From Candidatus Giovannonibacteria bacterium RIFCSPLOWO2_02_FULL_45_28 (GTDB lineage Bacteria > Patescibacteriota > Minisyncoccia > UBA11713 > 2-01-FULL-45-33): a DNA stretch of 64,000 nucleotides. The stretch spans positions 19,642 to 83,641 of the forward strand of contig MFIM01000001.1 in assembly GCA_001780725.1 (NCBI GenBank), given 5' to 3'. The notes below the pieces were generated by a model. That model worked only from the letters and a program-made list of their open reading frames with translations. It was not told the origin of the DNA and made no database searches. Each line of letters begins with the position of its first letter. Position 1 is the stretch's first letter. This document shows positions 55,100 to 64,000 of this stretch, one piece after another. Position numbers and translations under genes: made by a program.

Positions 55100-55506
55100 C
55101 TAAAGTCTTCATCGCCTCGCGAATCGGAGCGAAAACCAAAAAACAGTTTGAGAAAAATTTAAACAGGATGAGAGCGTTCGCGAGATTTGCGCTGAAACGA
55201 GGATTTCATCCGATACCAACAGCGTTAACTTATTGCTCGTTTATGGATGATTTTAGTCCGGAAGAGCGCAAATTGGGCCAAGAGTTCGGGCGCGCTGATA
55301 TGTTAGAATGCCAGCAAGTCTGGGCTTTGGAAGACGGCGTTGCTTTTTCAGACGGCGTGCGAGGCGATATGAAAATGGCGCGAGAATCTGACATTCAAGT
55401 ACAAATCTGGAACGCCGACAATGTTGCAAATTATCTCAAAGAAAATGACCCTTATGGCTACAAGCTCTGGCTAAAAGGAAAACAGAAAGGAGGTGAAAAA
55501 ACATGA
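55096..55506 (+). CDS. DUF4406/NDT-like fold protein
   Basis: KVFIAS, G..PI, MDD..PEER..G, C..VW, S.G...D pattern. Confidence 0.55.
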   Translation: MTKVFIASRIGAKTKKQFEKNLNRMRAFARFALKRGFHPIPTALTYCSFMDDFSPEERKLGQEFGRADMLECQQVWALEDGVAFSDGVRGDMKMARESDIQVQIWNADNVANYLKENDPYGYKLWLKGKQKGGEKT

Positions 55507-55790
55507 GAGCCGCATTCGCATTAAGTGGCGCGAGTTTCAAACCCAATGCGGGGAAACTGCTTATTGTGGAGCATATTATGCTGGTTTGTTTGGCCTTTAG
55601 CATCAGCTTTTTGATCTCAATATCCGACACAGCAAATCTACAAACCATGTCTGTGTTTGAGAAATTCTTTGTTTTCCTAGCGGGAGCTTTCTTGAGCTAT
55701 ATACTGCTTGCGTTCTTAGTAACTCCGATAGGTTGGATTAGTCTGTTATATTGCTCTGAACAAAAAGGTGAACAAAAGTCGGCGAAATAA
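55503..55790 (+). CDS. small two-TM membrane protein
   Basis: ATGA overlap with upstream gene, AGGAGGT SD, terminator-like sequence after. Confidence 0.55.
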   Translation: MRAAFALSGASFKPNAGKLLIVEHIMLVCLAFSISFLISISDTANLQTMSVFEKFFVFLAGAFLSYILLAFLVTPIGWISLLYCSEQKGEQKSAK

Positions 55791-55875
55791 GCCGGCTTTT
55801 TTGTTTACTAAAATTATAGAGCGATCGTTTTATTATCTTAGTAACTCAATAATAGACCCGCAAACACAAGACACA

Positions 55876-56454
55876 CTAAGTTAACTCCACAACAGTCCCA
55901 GTTTTACTAACCTCTAAAACATGAATATAGTTCAGCAAACGCCTGTATCGCAAGTCTTCCAAAAAAGCTTCGGGGATTTTGCTCTTGCCAACCCAAACGC
56001 TCTTTTGCAATATTCGAAAATCTAGTTGCCGCAATGCGTCTCGAAGCCAAGCGCGCTTCCATTTTTCTTTTTCCGGAACGTCAAATATTATGATTTTCAA
56101 TTTGTTATCTTTTTCTGGTTCATAATGCAACCCACCTCTTTCTTTAAGGATTCTGAGTTTATCAATACCAGTAAGCGTAATTTTCCACAGAGTCTCATTG
56201 TGAATTATTCTTTTTTCCACAAGCCCGTGCCTTTTCAAATGATTTAATAGAGAATAAAACTGTTGTTTTGCAATATTTTTTTTCAGTTCTTTTTTCGTCG
56301 AAATGCTACCGGAATATAATGTTTGTTTGGCGTTTTTGTACGACCTATGATAATTCGGTAAAATTTTGTCTAAAATTTCTGCGGTTGCCGAAATGCCTCC
56401 AATGAGAACAGTTAAAATCTCTTTTGTTTTTGCTGACCTTCTCATTATTTCCAA
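55876..56454 (-). CDS. PaaX-like transcriptional regulator (wHTH + Cas2-like domain)
   Basis: IIFDVPEKE...R..LR..L..L.F..LQKSVW. Confidence 0.75.
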   Translation of the reverse strand: MEIMRRSAKTKEILTVLIGGISATAEILDKILPNYHRSYKNAKQTLYSGSISTKKELKKNIAKQQFYSLLNHLKRHGLVEKRIIHNETLWKITLTGIDKLRILKERGGLHYEPEKDNKLKIIIFDVPEKEKWKRAWLRDALRQLDFRILQKSVWVGKSKIPEAFLEDLRYRRLLNYIHVLEVSKTGTVVELT

Positions 56455-56496
56455 CCTACTAAAATTGTGGAGCGGTCGTCAAGTTATCTTAGTAAA

Positions 56497-57399
56497 TTAC
56501 TTCCAAATCAAACTGCCGTTGCGGATTTCTAGAGTTATTGTGCCGTCCAAATCTGTGCGAAAAATTTGGGCGCCTGCGGAGGCAAGGCGCGAAAGAACTT
56601 CCTGCGCCGGATGTCCATAGCGATTGCGCGCGCCGGAAGAGATTATTGCGTATTCTGGCTTTGTCACACGCAAGAAAAAATCGTTGCTGGAAGTTTTGGA
56701 GCCGTGGTGGCCGGTTTTTAAAACATCAACATCTCCGACTCTCCCCTCCTCCACCAAACGCTTTTCCAAATTTTTCTCGGCATCCGACATAAAAAGAATT
56801 TTTTTGTCTTCAAAATCCAATTCACCAACCAAAGCCGAATCGTGCACATTTTTTAGCGTCATCCCAACAAAAGATTCTTCCGGGTAAATGAATTTCAAAA
56901 CCGCCCCGTTCGCAAAATTTAAATTAATCGGATGGTCAACTGTGACCTTTTTCAATTTTTTCTCCGCAACCAAGCTTTCAAAAATTTTTGCCTCCGCCGT
57001 ATGATAATCAACACCGCTTTCAATAATCATCCCAATATTATACCGCCCCAGAACCTCAATCAGTCCCGAGACGTGGTCGGCGTGCGGATGAGTAAGCACA
57101 ACAACGTCAATAAATCTGTCAAAAAAAGACATCCGGCTCCCTAAATTTGGCAAAATTCTATTAGGCGGACCCCCATCAATTAAAATTTGTGTTCCGTCTT
57201 TTGATTCCACAAAAATTGAATCGCCTTGCCAAACGTCAAAAAAAGAAACTTCCAGATCCGGTTTTTGAACGTAATCAAAAACTCTGTACCCAACCAAAAA
57301 AAACAAAGCGAGAAGCAAAAACGCAGCTCCGCCAAATATTTTTCTTTGGTGGATTTTATAAAATTTATATATTGAACTTTGAGAAAAATTCCACGACAT
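56497..57399 (-). CDS. ComEC/Rec2-type MBL-fold hydrolase
   Basis: FFDV.QGD, LIDGG, THPHADH, GHHGSKTS, YGHP. Confidence 0.9.
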   Translation of the reverse strand: MSWNFSQSSIYKFYKIHQRKIFGGAAFLLLALFFLVGYRVFDYVQKPDLEVSFFDVWQGDSIFVESKDGTQILIDGGPPNRILPNLGSRMSFFDRFIDVVVLTHPHADHVSGLIEVLGRYNIGMIIESGVDYHTAEAKIFESLVAEKKLKKVTVDHPINLNFANGAVLKFIYPEESFVGMTLKNVHDSALVGELDFEDKKILFMSDAEKNLEKRLVEEGRVGDVDVLKTGHHGSKTSSNDFFLRVTKPEYAIISSGARNRYGHPAQEVLSRLASAGAQIFRTDLDGTITLEIRNGSLIWK

Positions 57400-58792
57400 A
57401 AATTTGATAAGAAATTATAACGAAACTTGCGGCAGATATCATGATTCCAAGCGCCGGAGATACAAACGCCGCAATGCCGCCCAAAAAACTAAAAAGCATT
57501 ACCGCCGGGACGGCGGTCACAACCAAAATATTCGCCGGCAGAGCAAAAACCGAAACAGAATTTCCCCAAAAAATCAGAAACGGTAAAACGAAAATTTGCG
57601 CCGCGGCTGAAGCCGCCGCCGCCTCACGCATCCCCCAAAATTTTGGCAAAAACCAAAAAAACTTCTGGAAGAGCGAGGCAAGTAAAATCAGCCCCAAGGT
57701 TGCCGCAAAAGAGAGCTGAAAACCCCGATCAAACCTCAAATACATCGGATTTATAAAAACCATGAGAGCCGCAGCGAGCACAAGCGAAAGTAGGGGCGCG
57801 CGCAGCCGCCCCGTCCTTAACGCCAAAAGTCCGACAACCGCCATAATCGCCGCTCGCACAGCAGCCGGCTCCGCACCGGTCATTAAAGTAAAAAAGATAA
57901 TACCCACAATAGACAGGGTCCATGCAAACGTGTACGGCAAAATAAAACCAAAAAACGCTAGAAGAAATGTGCCGACAATTGTGATGTTGTAGCCGGAAAG
58001 CACCAAAATATGAATTGTGCTCGTTTTTCTGAAAGCATCCAATAAATCTTGCGGCAAAACGCCTCCTGCTCCCAAAAGCATGCCGTTGGCCAAAGATGCG
58101 TGCGGCTCCGGCAAAATAAGTTTGAGATTTTGCTCGAATTTTTCCCTTACACGAAAAAGAGAAACCAAAATTTTGTTCTTCGTCGGTACCAGAATACCTC
58201 TCCCCCAAAAAAGAGACAGTGTCTCTTTCTTTTCCCCCTCCCCTTCGTAAGGGGAGGGTGTTGGGAGGTGGGGTATCTCCTTAATTTCCGGGAAAAGCAT
58301 TTGCGAATAAATCAGGTCCTTTGCCAAATATTTTTTTACATCAAAATCGCCGTAATTTTCCGGCTCTAATATCTCGCCAGCCACTTCCAGCCTCTCTCCG
58401 TATCTGTACTGCGGATAAATTCGACTCACAACTAAAAGCCGCCCGAATTCTGTTTCCAAAACTATGCGCGACGAGTTTTGCTTTATTTCGCTTGAGATAA
58501 CAGTACCGCGCAAAACAATCGCCTCGCCATAGCGGTTGTGAAGTTGGTCATCTACAACCTTGTTTTCAAAAACCGAAAAACGGAACAGGCCGATGAGAAA
58601 AAAGATAAGAAAAAATAATACGGAGAAAAACCGGTGAGGTGTCAATCTTGCTCTAAAAAACAAAGCAACTAAAAATCCGGTGGCGACACCCAATCCTCCC
58701 AATATCCACTTTTCCGGCACATTAAAAAACGAGCGGATACCGACTCCCGCCAAAAATGCGACCAAAAAATATGGTGTATATTTTATTGCCAC
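57365..58792 (-). CDS. comEC: competence protein ComEC (membrane part)
   Basis: HILVLSGYN, VRAAIM, GFQLSF.AT. Confidence 0.9.
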   Translation of the reverse strand: MAIKYTPYFLVAFLAGVGIRSFFNVPEKWILGGLGVATGFLVALFFRARLTPHRFFSVLFFLIFFLIGLFRFSVFENKVVDDQLHNRYGEAIVLRGTVISSEIKQNSSRIVLETEFGRLLVVSRIYPQYRYGERLEVAGEILEPENYGDFDVKKYLAKDLIYSQMLFPEIKEIPHLPTPSPYEGEGEKKETLSLFWGRGILVPTKNKILVSLFRVREKFEQNLKLILPEPHASLANGMLLGAGGVLPQDLLDAFRKTSTIHILVLSGYNITIVGTFLLAFFGFILPYTFAWTLSIVGIIFFTLMTGAEPAAVRAAIMAVVGLLALRTGRLRAPLLSLVLAAALMVFINPMYLRFDRGFQLSFAATLGLILLASLFQKFFWFLPKFWGMREAAAASAAAQIFVLPFLIFWGNSVSVFALPANILVVTAVPAVMLFSFLGGIAAFVSPALGIMISAASFVIISYQIYVVEFFSKFNI

Positions 58793-59235
58793 AGCCGGCC
58801 TTGGTCGGAGTCCAGCGCGGCGTTCACCAATCTGTCAGCGGCGCGATTGTTCTCTCTCCGAACATGGCTGAACGTTACCTTAGCAAAATCCATCTTAAGA
58901 TTCCATACCGCAATAAAAAGCGGGAACATTCTTTCTTCCTCAATTTTGTATTTTCCATTAAGCTGGCTGGCGACAAACTCCGAATCCATCCGCATTTCCA
59001 CCTCCATTTTTTTTGTTTTTTCTTTTCCGAAAAGCGCTTTTATCTTTTTTAGCGCAAAAATCACCGCTTCGTATTCAGCTTCATTGTTTGTTTTTGTGCC
59101 GATCTTCTCTCCGTATTCTTTAATCATCCGCTCTCCCGCATCGCAAATAACCACCCCGATCCCCGCCGGCCCCGGATTTCCACGAGATCCCCCGTCCGTA
59201 TAGACAATTAATTTTTCTAATTTTTCTTTAGACAT
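58783..59235 (-). CDS. rnhA: ribonuclease HI
   Basis: TDGGSRGNPG, TNNEAEY, DSE, HVRRE.N..AD. Confidence 0.93.
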   Translation of the reverse strand: MSKEKLEKLIVYTDGGSRGNPGPAGIGVVICDAGERMIKEYGEKIGTKTNNEAEYEAVIFALKKIKALFGKEKTKKMEVEMRMDSEFVASQLNGKYKIEEERMFPLFIAVWNLKMDFAKVTFSHVRRENNRAADRLVNAALDSDQGRLWQ

Positions 59236-60187
59236 GTTTATTTAAATAATCTGCTATATTCAATGCCTCGCGCAAGGCGTCGTTTTTTTTTGTAAAAGCC
59301 GCGCTCCCCGCGACAGAATGCCCTCCTCCGCCGTATTTTTTTTCTAAATATTGACCGATGCGCGGATGCCTTGGCGGATTCCATGGGTTTTGGCCGACGC
59401 TTAAAACATGTTTATTGCCACGTTTCAAAATTCTTACGGAATATTTAGATTGCGGATAGAAATAATAAGAAGCGAATCTTGCGCCGGCCAAGCGCTTGTT
59501 CATTCCGTAAAGAATGGTCACCTTCCCGCGTAAAACCAAATGCTTTTTAATTTCCGGCATAGATTTTTTAAAATCCCGTTTGTGTTTCAAAAATCTGATT
59601 CGGACGGGTTTTAATTTATCAATAAAAATCATTGATTTTTCACTTAACGCTTTAATCAGCAACTTCGCGTAAGACAGCGATGGTTTTTTATCAACAAATG
59701 ATTTTGCGATTCTCAATGCGGCCTGTTGAAAACCCATAGCTTCCCGCGCATTTTTAAACCTGGCCCTATCAATTATATCAGCCCATTTCGCCAATTCTTT
59801 TATGTGTTTCGGCGCTTTTATCTCGAAGTTTTTTGTAAAATGGCGAAAAATGAGTCCCGTGCATGACGGACTTTTTGTATCTAAAATTTTGAAGTTTGAA
59901 GTCAGAAGTTTGATGTCAGATGCTTTGAAATCTTTTTCCCACCTTTTATCAATAAAAGTCGTCGGGTGGTGATCAAACCAGATTTTTGCTCTTGGGTGAT
60001 AAGTGATATCAACAACAGCGCTTGGGCTTTTCATCTTTAATTTTCTCCACCATTTTTTATTTACAGGGTGAGTAAGCGGAATAAATTTTCCGTAACTATC
60101 GCCCCGCAATTTCAGAAAATGCGAAAGCGTCGCGGCGGACGCCGCCCCATCAAAACAATTCCCGTGAAAATAGATGTCGTATTTCAT
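59228..60187 (-). CDS. DHH family phosphoesterase
   Basis: FH..CFDG, VVD, FDHH, GGGH motifs. Confidence 0.85.
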   Translation of the reverse strand: MKYDIYFHGNCFDGAASAATLSHFLKLRGDSYGKFIPLTHPVNKKWWRKLKMKSPSAVVDITYHPRAKIWFDHHPTTFIDKRWEKDFKASDIKLLTSNFKILDTKSPSCTGLIFRHFTKNFEIKAPKHIKELAKWADIIDRARFKNAREAMGFQQAALRIAKSFVDKKPSLSYAKLLIKALSEKSMIFIDKLKPVRIRFLKHKRDFKKSMPEIKKHLVLRGKVTILYGMNKRLAGARFASYYFYPQSKYSVRILKRGNKHVLSVGQNPWNPPRHPRIGQYLEKKYGGGGHSVAGSAAFTKKNDALREALNIADYLNKHV

Positions 60188-60996
60188 CTCAAATACCCGA
60201 CTTGTTTCAGCCAATAATCGTTTTCCCATTCCCAAAGGATTTTGGCTGCCAAAAAAGCTTTGATGTCCTTAAAATAATACGGAAACTCGCGCATCTCAAC
60301 TATTCCCTCCATTGGCCCCCAATAATGATCTTCGTGCGAAGAGCCGCAGTTTCCGACACCTGTTCGCGCTTCAGGTTTCGGATTCCGGATTTTATTGCGC
60401 CCCCCTTTTTCGCGCAAGCTCGCGCCGCAACGCAAGCATTTTCTTTGCTGGTCCACTCTCAAAATCCAGCGCGTAGCCACCTCTCCGGGCAATTTCAGCG
60501 CGCGCTTCAAATCCAATTCCTGCAAAGCCAAAACGTAAGCTGCGGTCTGCAAATTATATTCCGGATAAAACCCGGTTGAAGTTTTTATATCCAAAACGCC
60601 GAATTTTCCGCCGATGGTAGCCAGAGCGTCAACGGTGCCGGCATAACGGTGAAGATCGGACCAAACCCTGCTTTCCACGTATTCCGGATGGAAAAAAATC
60701 TGATTTTTTTCCTGGAATTCCTTAAAGGCAGACGCGGCCGGCTCAATTTCTTTGGGAACCGCGATTGCCTCCCCAACCGCCAGCTTCTGGATAGTTTCAT
60801 GCACCAGCGTCCCCTCCTCCGCAGATTTTGTTTTTATATCGTCCGCGGCGGCGTAAGACCCGACTTCTTTAAAAAAAAATTCCAGGGCCGGTTTTGCTTT
60901 AATTGACAAAATCTGCGTTACTCTCGGGTACCATCCGCCGTTTATCTCATACCCGCAAACCGACTTAAAATGTTCAGCATCTTTAAACCAAGCCAT
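60184..60996 (-). CDS. PD-(D/E)XK exonuclease-like protein
   Basis: GT.VH, YAGTVD, LDIKT, Q.AAY. Confidence 0.8.
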   Translation of the reverse strand: MAWFKDAEHFKSVCGYEINGGWYPRVTQILSIKAKPALEFFFKEVGSYAAADDIKTKSAEEGTLVHETIQKLAVGEAIAVPKEIEPAASAFKEFQEKNQIFFHPEYVESRVWSDLHRYAGTVDALATIGGKFGVLDIKTSTGFYPEYNLQTAAYVLALQELDLKRALKLPGEVATRWILRVDQQRKCLRCGASLREKGGRNKIRNPKPEARTGVGNCGSSHEDHYWGPMEGIVEMREFPYYFKDIKAFLAAKILWEWENDYWLKQVGYLR

Positions 60997-61052
60997 GATA
61001 AATGGAGTATATCATTGAGCCATTACAAAAACAAAAAGGCCTTGGTTGGCCT

Positions 61053-61328
61053 TTATAAGCTTACTACTTTTTTACCGTCAGGATGAATGTGTTCAACATC
61101 TTTAGTTCTTAAACCCGATTTCGGCTCGCTGTGACGCATGGCTGGGCAAAACTCACACATCCAATGAAAAATTACGTTGGCAAAATACCAAACATGTGGA
61201 GGACATTTGTATTGCGGCTGATGTACACAGCGAGATATTTCTTTGTAATATACCTTCATCTTCGCTTTATTTTTTTGAGCCATAAAGCCTCCTTTTGTTA
61301 TGTTCTCCTTCTTGTTATAAGTTAGCAT
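61053..61328 (-). CDS. small Cys/His-rich hypothetical protein (start probably 61283)
   Basis: AGGAGG SD before MAQKNK; C..H and CEFC motifs. Confidence 0.5.
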   Translation of the reverse strand: MLTYNKKENITKGGFMAQKNKAKMKVYYKEISRCVHQPQYKCPPHVWYFANVIFHWMCEFCPAMRHSEPKSGLRTKDVEHIHPDGKKVVSL

Positions 61329-61372
61329 ACAACCAAAACCGTATCAACGGTACGCGAAACATCGACTGCGCG

Positions 61373-62494
61373 TTATTTTTTCTTCAACGCCTCCCGCCAG
61401 AGGCGAGGCTCGCCACTGAGGGCGGCGATCCCCGGAAGGGTGCCCTTCGCGAGAAATTCCAACATTGCGCCGCCGCCGGTGGAGATAAAATCAAAGTTTT
61501 TCTCCAGTTTGAATTTGCGAATTGCCGCAACAGTATCTCCGCCGCCAACCACCTTAAAAGCTTTTGATTTTCCCAGCTCTTCTGCCAGAGCTTTTGTGCC
61601 GTATGTAAATCCTTTTTCGCAAACGCCGAGCGTGCCGTTCCACAAAACAAATTTCGCTTTTTTTGCCAAATCCGCCAACGTTTTAATGGTTTGCGGCCCG
61701 GCGTCGTAAATCAAATCCCCGTGCTCAATATTGCTAGTTGGAATCAAAGAAACAATTTTCTTTTTTTTACCGCGGAGCAAAACAGCGTCTTCCGGCAACA
61801 AAACCCTACGATTCGTAAGAACATACCGGGATATTTGCACGTCTTCCACGGGCGAACTGCCGACACGGTATCCTTTGTTGGACAAAAACGTATTGCCGAG
61901 CGCGCCACCCACAAAAATAGCGTCTGCGCTAGTCAAAAACCGCGAAATCAGAGGCTCTTTCGTCTCAAATTTTTTTCCGCCCAAAATAAACAGAAACGGG
62001 TGATCGGGTTTAAAAAATTTGGACAGATTTTCCGTCTCTTTTTCAAACAAAAAACCGGCTTCATGCGGCAAAAGCTCAGGCAGAAGAACAATAGAAGCGT
62101 GTTTTCTGTGCGATGCGGAAAAAGCGTCGTTGACATAATAGTCGCCCCAAGCCGCGAGAGTTTTAGCGAAACTCAAATCACAAGCTTTCTCGCCAGGATT
62201 TAAACGGATGTTGTCAAAGAGAACAACGCGCTCGGCAAACTCAAGAGGTTTTGGCGGCAGCTTGCCTTGCACGAAACCCACCCGCAATCCCAGCAACCCC
62301 TCCAACAAGCTTCTCGCCTCGTTGAGATGCGGCGCATTACCGTTTTCCTCCAAATGCGCAATTAAAAAAACTTGCGCGCCCTTCTTCAGCCAATACACAA
62401 TTGTCGGCAAAGAAGCGCGGACGCGAAAATCATCCGCAATTTTGCCGTTTTTGAGCGGAACATTAAAATCCACCCTTAAAAGGACTTTCTTCAT
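61373..62494 (-). CDS. pgk: phosphoglycerate kinase
   Basis: RVDFNVP, NDAF..SHR, GGGDT, ISTGGGA.LE. Confidence 0.96.
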   Translation of the reverse strand: MKKVLLRVDFNVPLKNGKIADDFRVRASLPTIVYWLKKGAQVFLIAHLEENGNAPHLNEARSLLEGLLGLRVGFVQGKLPPKPLEFAERVVLFDNIRLNPGEKACDLSFAKTLAAWGDYYVNDAFSASHRKHASIVLLPELLPHEAGFLFEKETENLSKFFKPDHPFLFILGGKKFETKEPLISRFLTSADAIFVGGALGNTFLSNKGYRVGSSPVEDVQISRYVLTNRRVLLPEDAVLLRGKKKKIVSLIPTSNIEHGDLIYDAGPQTIKTLADLAKKAKFVLWNGTLGVCEKGFTYGTKALAEELGKSKAFKVVGGGDTVAAIRKFKLEKNFDFISTGGGAMLEFLAKGTLPGIAALSGEPRLWREALKKK

Positions 62495-63249
62495 GTCGCG
62501 CCAACTTCTTCTACTATCTTTACAAAACTTTTAGCATTTAAGCTAGCCCCGCCAACCAAAAGCCCGTCCACCATCCCCCTGCCCACAAATTCCGCCGCGT
62601 TCTCCGCGGTCACAGAGCCGCCATAGAGAATCGGCACTTTTGAAGCAATTTTTTTTCCGAACATTTTGTAAAGCTCGCGGCGCAGAAGAATAGACATCTC
62701 ATAAACGTCTTTCGGCGTGTCTGCCTTACCGGTGCCGATAGCCCAAACCGGCTCATAGGCAATAATCAAATTTTTAATCAAAGATTTTTTAATTTTTCTT
62801 AAGCCTTCATGAAGTTCGTCACGGATTATTTTAGGAAACACGATTTCGCGCTCCTTTTCTTTTTCTCCGACGCACAACACCGCTTTCAGCCCACCCCCTA
62901 ACGCGGCGTTTAATTTTTTGTGCACAACTTCGTTGCTTTCTCCCAATGCCCGCCTTTCAGAATGCCCAACAATGACCAATTTTACGCCGGACGCTTTAAG
63001 CTGTAACGCAGAAATTTCTCCAGTGTAAGCCCCTCCCTTTTCCCAAAATGTATCTTGAGCGCCGAGTTTGAAGTTAGAAGTTGGAAGTTTGAAATTAGAA
63101 AGAAGCGGCAAATAAACAAAAGGCGGAGCAAGTACAATCTCAACATTCTTTGCTTTTCTAAGCCCGCGCCCCACAAAATGGGCCAGACGCGAAGCGTCTC
63201 GCTGGCTTCCCGGATTCATCTTCCAGTTTGCTATTATCAGCTTCTTCAT
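62491..63249 (-). CDS. tpiA: triosephosphate isomerase
   Basis: ANWKMN, GHSERR, AYEPVWAIGTG, YGGSV, LVGGASL. Confidence 0.97.
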   Translation of the reverse strand: MKKLIIANWKMNPGSQRDASRLAHFVGRGLRKAKNVEIVLAPPFVYLPLLSNFKLPTSNFKLGAQDTFWEKGGAYTGEISALQLKASGVKLVIVGHSERRALGESNEVVHKKLNAALGGGLKAVLCVGEKEKEREIVFPKIIRDELHEGLRKIKKSLIKNLIIAYEPVWAIGTGKADTPKDVYEMSILLRRELYKMFGKKIASKVPILYGGSVTAENAAEFVGRGMVDGLLVGGASLNAKSFVKIVEEVGAT

Positions 63250-64000
63250 AATTTAAATAATTCTACCGCGTTTTTATAAAAAACATAATCCAAATCCCTT
63301 TTCGCGATACCCAAGCTCTTAGTAAAATTGACATATGTTTTCATAGAAGCCAGCGGCCAATCCGTCCCGTAAAGCAGCTTGCGCGGCGAGCTGTAAACAT
63401 AAAGCTCTTGAATCCGATTTTTCATAAGTGTTCCGTAAGCAGAATTTAAATCTGCATCTTCAACAACAAGTCCGGAAATATCCGCATACACATTATCATT
63501 TTTATACAATACCTCCGCGCAATCTACCAGCCACGGGTTCCCCATATGCGCAATGATTATTTTGAGACTCGGAAATTCGGTGGCAACCTCGTCTACATGC
63601 AACGGATGCGAATACTTAACTTTTGCCGCGGGCTCTCCTGGAATAGCCAAAGTATCACCTGTGTGAAAAATAACCGGCGCATCGTGTTTGAGACATAGCT
63701 TGTATATTGGATGGCATATTTTTTCGTACGGATAAAAATTTTGGTATCCCAAATGCAGTTTGATGCCCCCGATGAGCTTCTTGTTTAGTAATTCATCCAG
63801 CAAATCCAGGTCTTTTTCTGTGTAATGCAGCACATCCAAAGAACCTATGTTAATTAGGTTTTTTGCTTCGCGCGTCAGTTTTAGCTCATCGACCATTGAA
63901 AGATTAAAGTTGGTTTTTTTATAGTTAGCTATCACAAGAGCACGGTCAACATGATTAGCCTTCATCTCTTTAAGCAATAATTTCAGAGAACCTTCAAAAG
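63246..64000 (-). CDS. amidohydrolase_2 family protein (probably 5'-partial)
   Basis: GIKLH, FHTG, AHMG, YADIS, YGTDWP. Confidence 0.85.
   Translation of the reverse strand, partial: FEGSLKLLLKEMKANHVDRALVIANYKKTNFNLSMVDELKLTREAKNLINIGSLDVLHYTEKDLDLLDELLNKKLIGGIKLHLGYQNFYPYEKICHPIYKLCLKHDAPVIFHTGDTLAIPGEPAAKVKYSHPLHVDEVATEFPSLKIIIAHMGNPWLVDCAEVLYKNDNVYADISGLVVEDADLNSAYGTLMKNRIQELYVYSSPRKLLYGTDWPLASMKTYVNFTKSLGIAKRDLDYVFYKNAVELFKL

Noticed and set aside
55876-56454. Cas2-like motif suggesting CRISPR-Cas
   Set aside because: It fits a PaaX-like regulator; no cas1 and no repeat-spacer array was seen in the window.
58783-59235. RNase HI as part of the DGR
   Set aside because: It lies over 14 kb from the intact DGR within a housekeeping run, with no evidence of linkage.

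Overview
This is a 64 kb chromosomal segment that looks like a Patescibacteria/CPR (Parcubacteria-like) genome using code 11; the taxonomy is inferred from gene content. It carries housekeeping genes (tsaD, valS, glyQS, ileS, argS, recO, smpB/tmRNA, infC-rpmI-rplT, polX, ndk, rnhA, pgk, tpiA), a type IV pilus pilC-pilins-pilMNO cluster and split comEC genes. There are five accessory elements. (1) An AT-rich island at tRNA-Glu has a large serine recombinase, candidate structured RNAs and a C-protein-regulated restriction-modification cassette bracketed by 88-bp direct repeats. (2) A diversity-generating retroelement (DGR) shows strictly adenine-specific TR/VR substitutions. Its reverse transcriptase is frameshifted inside an (AG)8 microsatellite, a candidate phase-variable switch, and its C-terminal half reads in frame into a uracil-DNA glycosylase; avd sits inverted between TR and RT. 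(3) A second, collapsed DGR lies next to toxin-antitoxin modules. (4) A GIY-YIG pseudogene is bounded by 22-bp inverted repeats that overlap the tmRNA 5' end. (5) Many short palindromic and heptameric repeats are inserted in frame in essential proteins. All protein calls come from motif recognition by eye, not database searches.
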